The notes beneath the pieces were generated by a model, which saw only the letters and a list, made by a program, of their open reading frames with translations, was not told the DNA's origin and made no database searches. Made by a program: the position numbers and the translations under genes. From an uncultured Gammaproteobacteria bacterium (GTDB lineage: Bacteria; Patescibacteriota; Microgenomatia; UBA10105; UBA927): a DNA stretch of 64,000 nt. This document shows, piece after piece, positions 46,168-55,607 of the stretch. The stretch lies in NCBI GenBank assembly GCA_964449585.1, contig CAYUZE010000003.1, positions 4,021-68,020 on the forward strand. The letters run 5' to 3'. Each line of letters opens with the position of its first letter. Position 1 is the stretch's first letter.

Positions 46168-48342
46168 ATGGCATTTAAACTGAAAAAACCGAAGCGAAAA
46201 TACCATAAACGCAAAGGACTTGGGCTGAAACTTAAAAAGCAGACCGTTTATACGGTAGCGGCAATTTGGTTTTGGCTTTTTGCGGGCGCGATCTGTCTTT
46301 CCTTTTTCGGTGAGGGAAGCATGTTATCCGCACTGCGCGAAAGCCTGACTGCTCACTTCGGATGGATCATGTACGTGCTTCCTATATTCCTTGTTTCCGC
46401 AAGCACCCTGTTTTTTAAGGTGAAGTCGGAGCTGGGTAACCAGAATGTGCCCATGGGGTTGGGAATCATCATCGTGGGACTTATGGCACTTACCCGCGCC
46501 GGTGATATCGGTGATACCCTTTGGTTACTTACCTCGGATGCCATTGCTCCCGAAGGCGCGACGTTATTGTTTTTAGGCGTCGTGCTCATCGGCTGCATCG
46601 TACTTTTTAACACGTCGCTTGATCGCTTCATTAACTTCCTGCTTATGGGCATGCAGACCATCCTTGAATGGATCGCGTCGCTCGGGAATAAACAACAGAA
46701 AGCACCGCTTATCATCGGAGGCACCCAAAAAGAACCGCTCAAAATACGGGAAACCGATGAAGAAAAACAGCTCCACAAAAAACCGATGACTCCCCCGCCG
46801 GTCCCGGCAAAACAGGGTCCCGTAGTAAAAGAACCGCAAGCAGCGGGGTCACTGACGATGAACAGTATGAACAATAGTCAGGATATGAAGTTATGGGAGT
46901 ATCCTGAAGTAGGGATTCTTTCGGACGGTCCCGGAGAAAAGGCGGATCGGGGCGATGTGCGAAAAAATGCCGACGTTATCGAAAAAACGCTTGATAGTTT
47001 CGGTGTGCAGGCAGACGTGGTGGAAGTAAACCCGGGACCCGCCGTTACGCAATACGCGATAAAATTATCGCTCGGGACAAAAGTATCGAAAATAACTTCG
47101 CTTGCCAGCGATATGGCGCTTGCCCTTGCCGCTCCGACGGGACAGGTGCGTATCGAAGCGCCGATCCCCGGACGGGATCTTGTCGGAATAGAAATCCCGA
47201 ATCGGGGACTCGAGTTTGTCACCTTGAAACGCATGTTGCTTTCAGACCCGATGAAAAAAGCAAAGAGTAAGCTTGCCGTTGCCATGGGTCTTGATGTTTC
47301 GGGAAATCCGTTAATCGGCGATATCGCAAAAATGCCGCATGTACTGGTTGCGGGTACCACCGGTTCCGGTAAGTCGGTGTTACTCAATGCCTGGATTTGT
47401 AGCTTACTGTATCGGACGACGCCTGCCGAAGTACGTCTTATTCTTGTCGATCCGAAGCGCGTGGAACTCGTCGGCTATAACGGCGTTCCGCATCTTCTTA
47501 CCCCCGTGATCGTCGAAGTGGATAAAATACTTTCCGCCCTTCGTTGGGCGACGCAGGAAATGGAACGACGATATAAGCAATTTGCCGAAGTAGGGGTACG
47601 AAACCTTGACGGATTTAACGAACTGTCGGGATTCCAGGCCTTGCCGTACATCGTGATTATTATCGACGAGCTTGCCGATCTTATGGGATATGCGCCGGTC
47701 GAGGTTGAAGATACGATTTGCCGTATTGCCCAAATGGCGCGGGCAACGGGGATTCATTTGGTTGTCGCGACGCAACGACCGAGTGTGGACGTCATCACAG
47801 GTCTTATCAAAGCAAACATCCCCGCTCGTATCGCATTTAACGTATCTTCTATGATCGATTCACGGGTCATTATCGACATGCCCGGAGCGGAAAAATTGTT
47901 GGGACGCGGCGACATGTTATACGTGCCGCCCGACCAGGCGAAGCCGATGCGTATTCAGGGAACCTTTGTTTCCGATAAGGAAGTGACGAAAGTGGTGGAG
48001 TTTTTTAAGAACACGCAGGCGGAAGTGCACTATACGGAAGAAGTGTTAAGCCAGCCCGCTATCGCGATGAAGAAGGGCGGCGGAGGGGCGGGGGGCGGCG
48101 ACGGAAAGGATCCGCTATTTGAAGATGCGTTGCGGCTCGTGTGCCAATACGACAAGGCCTCCGCATCCCTTTTGCAGCGACGGTTGTCAGTAGGCTACGC
48201 ACGGGCGGCAAGAATCCTTGATCAGCTTGAAATGGCGGGAATTATCGGTGCCGGCGAGGGTTCCAAACCCCGAGACGTACTGATTAAAAACCCCGACGAA
48301 TACCTCGCAAGCCAGCAGCAGGCACAAACCCAAGAAAGTTAG
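46168..48342 (+). CDS. ftsK: DNA translocase FtsK/SpoIIIE
   Basis: N-terminal TMs, RIEAPIPG, PHVLVAGTTGSGKS, DPKRVEL, ATQRPSVDVITG and gamma domain SLLQRRL.VGYARAARI. Confidence 0.97.
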   Translation: MAFKLKKPKRKYHKRKGLGLKLKKQTVYTVAAIWFWLFAGAICLSFFGEGSMLSALRESLTAHFGWIMYVLPIFLVSASTLFFKVKSELGNQNVPMGLGIIIVGLMALTRAGDIGDTLWLLTSDAIAPEGATLLFLGVVLIGCIVLFNTSLDRFINFLLMGMQTILEWIASLGNKQQKAPLIIGGTQKEPLKIRETDEEKQLHKKPMTPPPVPAKQGPVVKEPQAAGSLTMNSMNNSQDMKLWEYPEVGILSDGPGEKADRGDVRKNADVIEKTLDSFGVQADVVEVNPGPAVTQYAIKLSLGTKVSKITSLASDMALALAAPTGQVRIEAPIPGRDLVGIEIPNRGLEFVTLKRMLLSDPMKKAKSKLAVAMGLDVSGNPLIGDIAKMPHVLVAGTTGSGKSVLLNAWICSLLYRTTPAEVRLILVDPKRVELVGYNGVPHLLTPVIVEVDKILSALRWATQEMERRYKQFAEVGVRNLDGFNELSGFQALPYIVIIIDELADLMGYAPVEVEDTICRIAQMARATGIHLVVATQRPSVDVITGLIKANIPARIAFNVSSMIDSRVIIDMPGAEKLLGRGDMLYVPPDQAKPMRIQGTFVSDKEVTKVVEFFKNTQAEVHYTEEVLSQPAIAMKKGGGGAGGGDGKDPLFEDALRLVCQYDKASASLLQRRLSVGYARAARILDQLEMAGIIGAGEGSKPRDVLIKNPDEYLASQQQAQTQES

Positions 48343-48350
48343 GCGGCCTC

Positions 48351-48989
48351 ATGAAAACAGTGGGCACGATGCTCAAAGAAGCCAGAGTCATGAAGGGATT
48401 AAAACCCCGGGATATTGAGCAGGCCATAAAGATTCGGGAGAAGTATATCCTTGCCATAGAGGCCGATACGTTTGATGTGCTGCCGTCACCGTCGTATGCC
48501 AAAGGATTTGTCAGAAATTATGCCGAATATTTGGGATTACCTACCGACGCGGTGATGGCATTCTTTCGACGGCAAACAACCGACATTTCCCGTGCAAGCC
48601 TGCTGCCCAAGGGGGTCGCTGATCCGCTAAACGCACCCATCGTCCATCTGACGCCGGGTCGGTTTATCGGGCTCATCGTCGGCATATTATGCGTTGTATT
48701 TTTCCTCTACCTTGGTATGCAATATTTTGAAATCGGAAAAGCGCCGCCGCTTACCGTCACCAGTCCGGCAAATCAGCAAATTGTGACCAGCAGCAGAGTG
48801 GTGGTGGAAGGAAAAACCGCACCCGATACCACCATTATGATAAACGGTGTCTCGACCGTTGTTCGTGACGACGGACGATTTTATGAACAAGTTGCAGTGG
48901 AACCGGGAGTGAATAAAATCACTATCGTTGCCACAACACGATACGGAAAAGTCACCACCGAGGTTCGTGAAGTCGGATATCAGCCGTGA
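48351..48989 (+). CDS. RodZ-like HTH membrane protein with Ig-like C-domain
   Basis: VGTMLKEAR and Y.KGFVRNYAEYLGL (HTH_25), then TM and a beta domain. Confidence 0.85.
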   Translation: MKTVGTMLKEARVMKGLKPRDIEQAIKIREKYILAIEADTFDVLPSPSYAKGFVRNYAEYLGLPTDAVMAFFRRQTTDISRASLLPKGVADPLNAPIVHLTPGRFIGLIVGILCVVFFLYLGMQYFEIGKAPPLTVTSPANQQIVTSSRVVVEGKTAPDTTIMINGVSTVVRDDGRFYEQVAVEPGVNKITIVATTRYGKVTTEVREVGYQP

Positions 48990-49054
48990 TAGCAGATGGG
49001 GTCTGATCGGTTGACAGAAAATGCAATTTCCGCCATACTGAATACACACTGCCC

Positions 49055-49327
49055 ATGGATCCCGTTCAACTCACTATCATCGTTATCAGCTTTATCCTCA
49101 CGCTGCTTCTCGTGCTTCTCGGTGTACAGGTGTGGTATATCCTAAAGGAAATACGCACGGCAATCGTAAAAACCAACACGATGCTTGATGATGCGAAGAA
49201 AGTCACCGGTACTGTCGGTGACTCGGTTGCGAGTATGTCAGGGGTAGTAAGCGGTATAAAGGCGGCTTTGTCGGTGTTCCGTTCGTTCGGGAAAAAGAAC
49301 GACGGGGGAGGAGAAGAATATGTCTGA
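49055..49327 (+). CDS. Small membrane protein (DUF948/YtxG-like)
   Basis: N-terminal TM plus amphipathic helix, upstream of a YtxH-like gene. TTGACA-17-CATACT lies upstream. Confidence 0.65.
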   Translation: MDPVQLTIIVISFILTLLLVLLGVQVWYILKEIRTAIVKTNTMLDDAKKVTGTVGDSVASMSGVVSGIKAALSVFRSFGKKNDGGGEEYV

Positions 49328-49706
49328 AAACCACAACAATGACGGAAAGTTTCTTTTCGGTTTCTTTATCGGCGGGCTTATCGGCGCGCTCATAATTTTT
49401 TTCATGGGAACGAAAGAAGGGAAAAAGACCGGTAAGATGCTTGAAAATAAAGGACGCGATTTACTTGATGAATTTGAGGAAAAACTCGATGCATTACAGG
49501 AAAAGGGCAAAGAGTTGGTTCGCCAGGGTGAGGAAATGAAAGAAAAGGTGATCGATACGCTTGACGGGAAAAAGGATGAGGTGACGGAAGCCGCCGCCGA
49601 AAAGATAGATATCGCGTTGGCACATATTCAGGAAATGCAGCAAAAAGGCGCGGAAACAACCGCAACCTTGCGAAAGCAATTCAAGAACATCCCCAAGAAG
49701 AAGTAA
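49320..49706 (+). CDS. YtxH-domain protein
   Basis: FLFGFFIGGLIGA...GKK followed by a coiled coil. Confidence 0.8.
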   Translation: MSENHNNDGKFLFGFFIGGLIGALIIFFMGTKEGKKTGKMLENKGRDLLDEFEEKLDALQEKGKELVRQGEEMKEKVIDTLDGKKDEVTEAAAEKIDIALAHIQEMQQKGAETTATLRKQFKNIPKKK

Positions 49707-49712
49707 ATAACG

Positions 49713-51098
49713 CTACTTGCGCTTGTAGATAATCTGGTCACCGTTTCGATAGTGAACTTCGTATCGTGTGTCTTTGGGAAGCGTCAGTTTTACGGCTTCG
49801 ATATCGGCACCGAAAAAATTATTATAATTTTGTCCGTCCCGCAGATCCAATACAAAATATTCCGGCATGAAATCTTCATACACGCCCCGCAGTAAAAACA
49901 CCCGGTGCGTATGAATCATGTGCGGAGCGATATTGTTCATAGTCATGACCGTCGTCCCCTTCGGTACCCGGGAAATGAGGTCGTTAAGGAATGCAAAGTT
50001 TTCCGTGTTTTTATAGAATGCCGGATTGTACGAAAGCCCTAACGGACCGCGCAGCACAAAACGATGCAACACGATACTCGTCATGATGAGAAATACGCTC
50101 AGTGCAAGAAAAATGGCGCGACTTTTTACTTTTCTTTCCAACGTATGAAAACCCATGACGGTGGAGAACGCCAGGATGACTGCCATTTGCGCGTTGTAGT
50201 GAAGACCTAGCCCCCATCGCAGCGTAAAGTCGTTCTGCAAAAATCGCGTCGCAAAATCCTGCAGCATGAGAAGAAACGCGGGAGGGTACAAGAGCGGCAA
50301 AAACCCGAAACTTACAAAACTCATCAGCACCGTTTTTCGCTTTATCGGATCGTCAACAAACATTGAGAGTATCCGCAGGGGATTCGGATCAAGATGCGGG
50401 GTGTAAAAATACGGTCGACCGTAAAAGTACGGAATAATCACCTGTGTTGCGAGTACTCCCCAGAGAAGTGAAATAAATCCCGTAACTATCGCAATGTGCC
50501 GCCATTTTGCGTTGAACAGATAGATAAACATCCCGAGTGCAACTCCTAAAAGCGCACTGCTTTCCTTAAAACCCAAGGTAATAAGGAAACACGTCCAAAA
50601 GAGCAATTTCTTTTTGGTGACGACCGCATAGAAAACACCCATCAGCGGAAGCGTCATAAACGTTACCTCATGAATATCGGCAATAAGCGCATTTTGCAGA
50701 CCGACAAACAGAAGATAGGAAATAACGACGGCAAACCTCGCCAATCGGGTTTTGAGAACATTTGTTGCGATGGTATAAAGAATGAGCGCGCTGCCGCCGA
50801 CGGCGATTGCCTGGGCGATAAGCAGCACCTCCGCACGATCGGTAAACCAATATAGGGGACTTAAGAGAAATATGCTCGGACTGAAATGATCCGCAAATAT
50901 TACTTTTCCGCCGATGACGAAATGATCGATAACCGGGGGAACAAAATGCGCCACCCTCCAGATTGCCTGATCAAAAATGCCGAAGTCATAATAAAAAACC
51001 TCAAATTGCCAGAATCGGTGGAGGGATACCAATGCGGCGGCGAGCGTATAAACGCATATAAACAAGTACGTCATCCAGTCCGTAAGGGTGCGTTTCAT
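49713..51098 (-). CDS. DUF2079 family membrane protein (GT-C-like)
   Basis: YDFGIFDQ, FADHFSP, LLIAQ, DIHE, KE and HY motifs. Start refined to MKRTLT. Confidence 0.8.
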   Translation of the reverse strand: MKRTLTDWMTYLFICVYTLAAALVSLHRFWQFEVFYYDFGIFDQAIWRVAHFVPPVIDHFVIGGKVIFADHFSPSIFLLSPLYWFTDRAEVLLIAQAIAVGGSALILYTIATNVLKTRLARFAVVISYLLFVGLQNALIADIHEVTFMTLPLMGVFYAVVTKKKLLFWTCFLITLGFKESSALLGVALGMFIYLFNAKWRHIAIVTGFISLLWGVLATQVIIPYFYGRPYFYTPHLDPNPLRILSMFVDDPIKRKTVLMSFVSFGFLPLLYPPAFLLMLQDFATRFLQNDFTLRWGLGLHYNAQMAVILAFSTVMGFHTLERKVKSRAIFLALSVFLIMTSIVLHRFVLRGPLGLSYNPAFYKNTENFAFLNDLISRVPKGTTVMTMNNIAPHMIHTHRVFLLRGVYEDFMPEYFVLDLRDGQNYNNFFGADIEAVKLTLPKDTRYEVHYRNGDQIIYKRK

Positions 51099-52030
51099 TG
51101 TGGAATCTTGTTTGCAACCGCCACACAACAGACGACGATAAGACCTCCCAGTATTTCAGGCGGCGTAATTATTTCACCGTAGAGGATAAATCCCAAAAGC
51201 AATGCAAAGACGTTTTCCAACAGCAAAATCTGACTGCCGAAAACCGCGTCAAGATGTTTGAAGGCATATATTTCAATCGGGTTTACGATAACGTTCATCA
51301 ATCCGCCGATGGCAAGCCCCGTCAACACGTGGGGATTTTGAAACGCCGTCAGGGAAAACGTTTCGCCGCGGAAGATGGCAAGAATCCAACCTGAAATTGC
51401 GGCAATTCCCATAACCATAATCGTAATCTCCTGTGTGTTAAGGTGCGCGCTCAAAAGTTTTCTTCCGACAAAAAACCACGCCATGGTGGCGGTGGCGATA
51501 AGGGTAAAAAATTCGCCGCTGCCGAATGCCTCAAGTCGCGGCAAATATGACTTGGTTGCAACAAGACCGATTCCCACAAGTGAACAGCAAAGCAACAGCG
51601 TCAGTTTTGCATCAAAGGATTTCTTCAAAAAAATAAAAGAATAGAGGTACGAAAAAAACGGTACTGATGCAAAAATCACGGCGACATTCACAAGCTTCGC
51701 GTTTAACGCTCCCAATGTCACAAAGTACACGGCAATCGAGTAGCCGATCGTACCCATGGTAAAAAGTATCCATAGATCGGAAACGGGAGTTTGCAGAATA
51801 TGCGCCGGGCGCAAATTTTTCCGAAAGAAAATACCCAGCGCAACCACCGCAATACCTATGCGCATATATACCTGCGTCATGGGAGGAAATCCCTCCGCAA
51901 GGAGTCTTGAGCCGACGGAGAGAAGCGTATACGATGCCGCAACGATCACAAGAAAGCCGATAGAAAGCTGTCGGGGTGTAAGGGCGCCAATAATCGGTAG
52001 GTTAACCCGTTGCCGCTTTTTTGAGTTCAT
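51095..52030 (-). CDS. EamA/DMT family transporter
   Basis: About 10 TMs in two repeats. Start refined to MNSKKR. Confidence 0.82.
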   Translation of the reverse strand: MNSKKRQRVNLPIIGALTPRQLSIGFLVIVAASYTLLSVGSRLLAEGFPPMTQVYMRIGIAVVALGIFFRKNLRPAHILQTPVSDLWILFTMGTIGYSIAVYFVTLGALNAKLVNVAVIFASVPFFSYLYSFIFLKKSFDAKLTLLLCCSLVGIGLVATKSYLPRLEAFGSGEFFTLIATATMAWFFVGRKLLSAHLNTQEITIMVMGIAAISGWILAIFRGETFSLTAFQNPHVLTGLAIGGLMNVIVNPIEIYAFKHLDAVFGSQILLLENVFALLLGFILYGEIITPPEILGGLIVVCCVAVANKIPQ

Positions 52031-52991
52031 GATATAAGTTATCCTCGATATCGATTTGTCCGGATTGCAACCGTTTCTTTGTGAGGATATTACCCCGCTC
52101 TCCGGGAAGCATGATTTCCGTTTCTTCGGAAAGTTTTTTGGTTTCCTTGACCCGCTTGCCGAGTTTTGCCACGTTTGCCGCAAACTCGGTGCGGTCGGTG
52201 ATAAGCTCGGGGTCGATAACGAACACCAGGTTTCCCCAGTTCCCCGACGTGTCGCCGAATCCGGTAAATGAAGCGCCGACCAAGGGGCCCGTCAGTATTT
52301 CCACCATGAGCGCAAGCCCCGCTCCTTTGTAACTTCGGTCAAACGGGCGAAGTGCCCCGTCCATTGCTTTTGCGGGATCATCCGTCAGTTTTCCGTCACG
52401 GTCGTAGGCAATGTCGGAAGGTATTTTCTTTCCGGCGGTTTTCGCCTCGATAAGCCCGTAATAGGCCATTGCGGCGGTCGCCATATCAAGCACCAGCGGA
52501 TCGGTATCGGTAGGGATGCCGATTGCCAGGGGATTGGTTCCGAAAATCGGTTCATAGGATCCGTGATACGCAACGGTTTCCGGAGATCCCGCAAATACGA
52601 ATCCGATAAGTCCCTCACGGCCGATTTGGTTTGCCCAATACCCGAGTGCACCCGTGGAACTATTGGTGTCATGGGTACCGACGATCCCGAATCCGTGCTC
52701 TTTTGCCTTTGAAACGGCGGTGGTGACCGCCTTGTGCATCACGACCGCGCCGGGGTTTTTGGCACCGTTAATTCGTGCGGAAAGTTTAGTTTCCTTTTCT
52801 ATCGTGATAGTTCCCGCCTGCGGATTTTTGGGGATTCCTTTACCGATGAGTTTGACTATGCCCTGATTGTTCCCCCGAAGCTGTGCATAGAGAAGCATGT
52901 CTAAAATAATTTTTGCTTCATCGTCGTTGTATCCCTGTTTTTTAAGCGCAAGCAAACCAAGGTTCGTTAACTCGGTAATGGGAATAACCAT
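52002..52991 (-). CDS. Ldh_2-family (type 2 malate/L-lactate/sulfolactate) oxidoreductase
   Basis: A.LRG...GI, GTNPLAIG.P, LDMAT, YKG.GLALMVEIL.G and LPGER. SD AAAGGAGG. Confidence 0.9.
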   Translation of the reverse strand: MVIPITELTNLGLLALKKQGYNDDEAKIILDMLLYAQLRGNNQGIVKLIGKGIPKNPQAGTITIEKETKLSARINGAKNPGAVVMHKAVTTAVSKAKEHGFGIVGTHDTNSSTGALGYWANQIGREGLIGFVFAGSPETVAYHGSYEPIFGTNPLAIGIPTDTDPLVLDMATAAMAYYGLIEAKTAGKKIPSDIAYDRDGKLTDDPAKAMDGALRPFDRSYKGAGLALMVEILTGPLVGASFTGFGDTSGNWGNLVFVIDPELITDRTEFAANVAKLGKRVKETKKLSEETEIMLPGERGNILTKKRLQSGQIDIEDNLYHELKKAATG

Positions 52992-53021
52992 AATCCTCCT
53001 TTAAAAAATCTTTCGTCCTGC

Positions 53022-53870
53022 TTATTTTAGCAACAGCACACCCATAAAGGCTAGTACGGTCGCAACAATTTTACGCTCCAGATGGCTTCGTTCATGGAGC
53101 AGCAGAATGCCTCCCGCAACGGTGAAGATGCCCGATGTTGCGGAAATCGGATTGACCCGGGATGCTTCGGCAAGGGACATTGCCTGAATATAGAGGATGT
53201 AACCGGTGACATTGAGTAACGCCGCCAATGCAACTTTCCATCCTCCGATATGAAATTCCCTCACCAATTCCTTTTTCCGTACTCCGGGAAACGCAATGAT
53301 GATAATCGGAAAGCACCATACCGCAAAGCTATACAGCGTTGCGGGAAGCGGGGCGGAAGCGGGTTTATCAAGCACGCTGGTAAGCCCCAGGAAGACGGCA
53401 CATAACACGGCATACCAAAACGGCCGGGTAAGTGAAAATTTCGGATTCTTATAGATAAGAAGGAGGGATGCGGCAATGATAAGCAGCACCCCGACAAGTT
53501 TTGCGACGGTGAACGGTTCGCCGAGAAAGAGAATCGCTCCGGCAAATCCGATAACGGTACTTAATCGAAAAATAATGGCAAAGGTAGAAGCATCCACTCC
53601 CTGTCTGGCATAAAACTGAGTTCGTTCGTAAAACCCGTACAGAATGACCGTTGAGGCAAGGAGGAGATATTGCACGGGCGTAAGTGTTCCAAGGGCATCG
53701 AGTGAACCGCGCTCGAAAAGAAAAAGCAGAATGGCAAATAATGCGCCCCATACATTAAACACCACTGCAAATATCCGGGGTGAACCAGTGCGCACCGCAA
53801 GAACACGCATTAAAAGTTCCTGAGAAGCGAAAATAAGTGCACTGGCAATTGCCAGGAAAAACCACAACAT
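53022..53870 (-). CDS. EamA/DMT family transporter
   Basis: About 10 TMs, 'LGEPFT..KL.G' and 'LLHER'. Confidence 0.85.
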   Translation of the reverse strand: MLWFFLAIASALIFASQELLMRVLAVRTGSPRIFAVVFNVWGALFAILLFLFERGSLDALGTLTPVQYLLLASTVILYGFYERTQFYARQGVDASTFAIIFRLSTVIGFAGAILFLGEPFTVAKLVGVLLIIAASLLLIYKNPKFSLTRPFWYAVLCAVFLGLTSVLDKPASAPLPATLYSFAVWCFPIIIIAFPGVRKKELVREFHIGGWKVALAALLNVTGYILYIQAMSLAEASRVNPISATSGIFTVAGGILLLHERSHLERKIVATVLAFMGVLLLK

Positions 53871-53950
53871 GAAATGCAGTATACGCTTCTCCTCTCAAGT
53901 TTTCGAGAGCGCATTTCGTACCGGAATCCTCCGATGGTATAATTCTTATC

Positions 53951-54595
53951 ATGAAACCGTATCTGGATGTTGACGAAAAATATTTCGGTTTTCTTTTTCA
54001 TTATTACCGGGCGGAAGTATATAGGGAAACAAATTGGCGAAGTCGAATGGATGTGACGACCAATTGGGCGATTGTGGTGACGGGCGTCATCCTCTCGTTT
54101 GCTTTCGGCGAAGGAAACGCACCGCATACGATTATCATCTTAAACTACCTTATCGCGCTATTTTTTCTCTATATCGAAGCCAGAAGATATCGTTATTACT
54201 CTATGCTCCGTATGCGGACACGACTTATGGAGGAACATCTGTTAGCCCCGATATTTTCGGGAGCGATACCCGAAGAGAAAGATACCTGGAGTAAAAAACT
54301 TGCCGAAAATCTCGCAAAACCGAGGGTTTCGATGTCAAAAATCGAATCGCTTGCCTGGAGAATCCGACGGCAATACATATTGTTACTGACCGTAATTTTT
54401 ATCGCCTGGATCGCCAGGATATTTACGCATCCTACTCCGGTATCGACGCTCGAAGCGGCGATAGGACAAGCGGGTATTTGGGGAGTGCCGGGAATTGCAG
54501 TGTTTTGTGTTTTACTCGGTTCACTCCTCTGGTGTATGGCGCTTGCGTATATTTACGTGCCGAGAGCGGCGGTGTTAGTCGATGATCTTCCCTAA
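53951..54595 (+). CDS. DUF2270 family membrane protein
   Basis: HYYRAE...WR.RMD.TTNWAI and IEARRYRY motifs. Confidence 0.85.
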   Translation: MKPYLDVDEKYFGFLFHYYRAEVYRETNWRSRMDVTTNWAIVVTGVILSFAFGEGNAPHTIIILNYLIALFFLYIEARRYRYYSMLRMRTRLMEEHLLAPIFSGAIPEEKDTWSKKLAENLAKPRVSMSKIESLAWRIRRQYILLLTVIFIAWIARIFTHPTPVSTLEAAIGQAGIWGVPGIAVFCVLLGSLLWCMALAYIYVPRAAVLVDDLP

Positions 54596-54913
54596 TTCCG
54601 AAGCCAGCCATGCCCGATAGTTCTTCGTAACATACGGCAGAGGGATACCGATAATTTCCGGATTTTCATAGGTGTGCTGGGCGAGCACGGCTTTTTCTAA
54701 CCGGTCCCACCGGTCTTTCATTGTTTTGACCATAAGGATTGCCTCTTCGGCATAATCAACTTGATTTTTCCCCGGCGGCCAAAGAAATAGAGAGTCAACC
54801 CGGGGAATAATTTGTGTGCAGGCGGCGAGCTTCTTTTTCAGCAACATTTCCCCCAGTTGCTCCGCCTGCGTTTTATCGGCACACGAGACCATAACCAACA
54901 ATGCTTCATTCAT
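54575..54913 (-). CDS. cutA: Divalent-cation tolerance protein CutA
   Basis: KLAAC, S.F.W, E..L.VKT and HTYENPEII. Confidence 0.92.
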   Translation of the reverse strand: MNEALLVMVSCADKTQAEQLGEMLLKKKLAACTQIIPRVDSLFLWPPGKNQVDYAEEAILMVKTMKDRWDRLEKAVLAQHTYENPEIIGIPLPYVTKNYRAWLASELGKIID

Positions 54914-54922
54914 ATTACCTCC

Positions 54923-55267
54923 TTACCGTTTAATCACGCGATGTTGTTTGGGTTTCCATGCGGGGGCGCAAACGATGAATAGCGCGAAATGTCCCTCCCA
55001 GTAATACTTTTCATTCGGTTTTAGAAGGATGCAGTCTCCCATTTCTATGGGTGTTTCTTTTCCCCGATGCCCGATGATCCCGTTGCCGCTTAACACCAGT
55101 ACCAACTCCGTGGAGATAGCATTAGTTGCAAACCCCTCTTCAGGGTATCTGCCGGAAATAATTGCGGTCGCGCCGCTTATCCGCCGCTCCCGCATCACGT
55201 ATTCTTCGACGGAAGTCGTTGCGGATGCGTCCACGCGCCTGGTTTTTTTCTGTTTAACAATCTGCAT
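54923..55267 (-). CDS. Cupin-domain protein
   Basis: GRYP, E..LVLSG.G, GD.ILL.P.E and PAW motifs. Confidence 0.8.
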   Translation of the reverse strand: MQIVKQKKTRRVDASATTSVEEYVMRERRISGATAIISGRYPEEGFATNAISTELVLVLSGNGIIGHRGKETPIEMGDCILLKPNEKYYWEGHFALFIVCAPAWKPKQHRVIKR

Positions 55268-55276
55268 ACGAGACGG

Positions 55277-55582
55277 TTATACTTCTCCCGTTTTTTTTGC
55301 GGCTTCAAGAAAACGCGTGCGGTACAGTGATTGCTCTTCTTCGGAAAAAAGCGTCAGCATTTCGAAGGTTATCGTCGTCGTATTGTTTTTTGTTTCGGCT
55401 TGGCTTGCGGCGGCATAGCCGTAAAAGCGCCACTCATGGTCGACAACCAGAACGGCAATACGGAGCGGAAACGCCCGTTCCCGTTCAAGCGTTACGGTAT
55501 AGTGTTTCCCGACGATAAGAGAGGCAAAGTCAAACGATCGGGGAGGACGAAGTAAGGTATTAAGTTCCGTCAGGTAACCCAT
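55277..55582 (-). CDS. DUF2584-like hypothetical protein
   Basis: MG...E.NTLL, 'R.FP', 'VVD..W' and 'T.I.F' pattern. Start refined to MGYLTE. Confidence 0.55.
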   Translation of the reverse strand: MGYLTELNTLLRPPRSFDFASLIVGKHYTVTLERERAFPLRIAVLVVDHEWRFYGYAAASQAETKNNTTTITFEMLTLFSEEEQSLYRTRFLEAAKKTGEV

Positions 55583-55607
55583 ACGTGGAAGTATTGTACC
55601 GCTCCCG

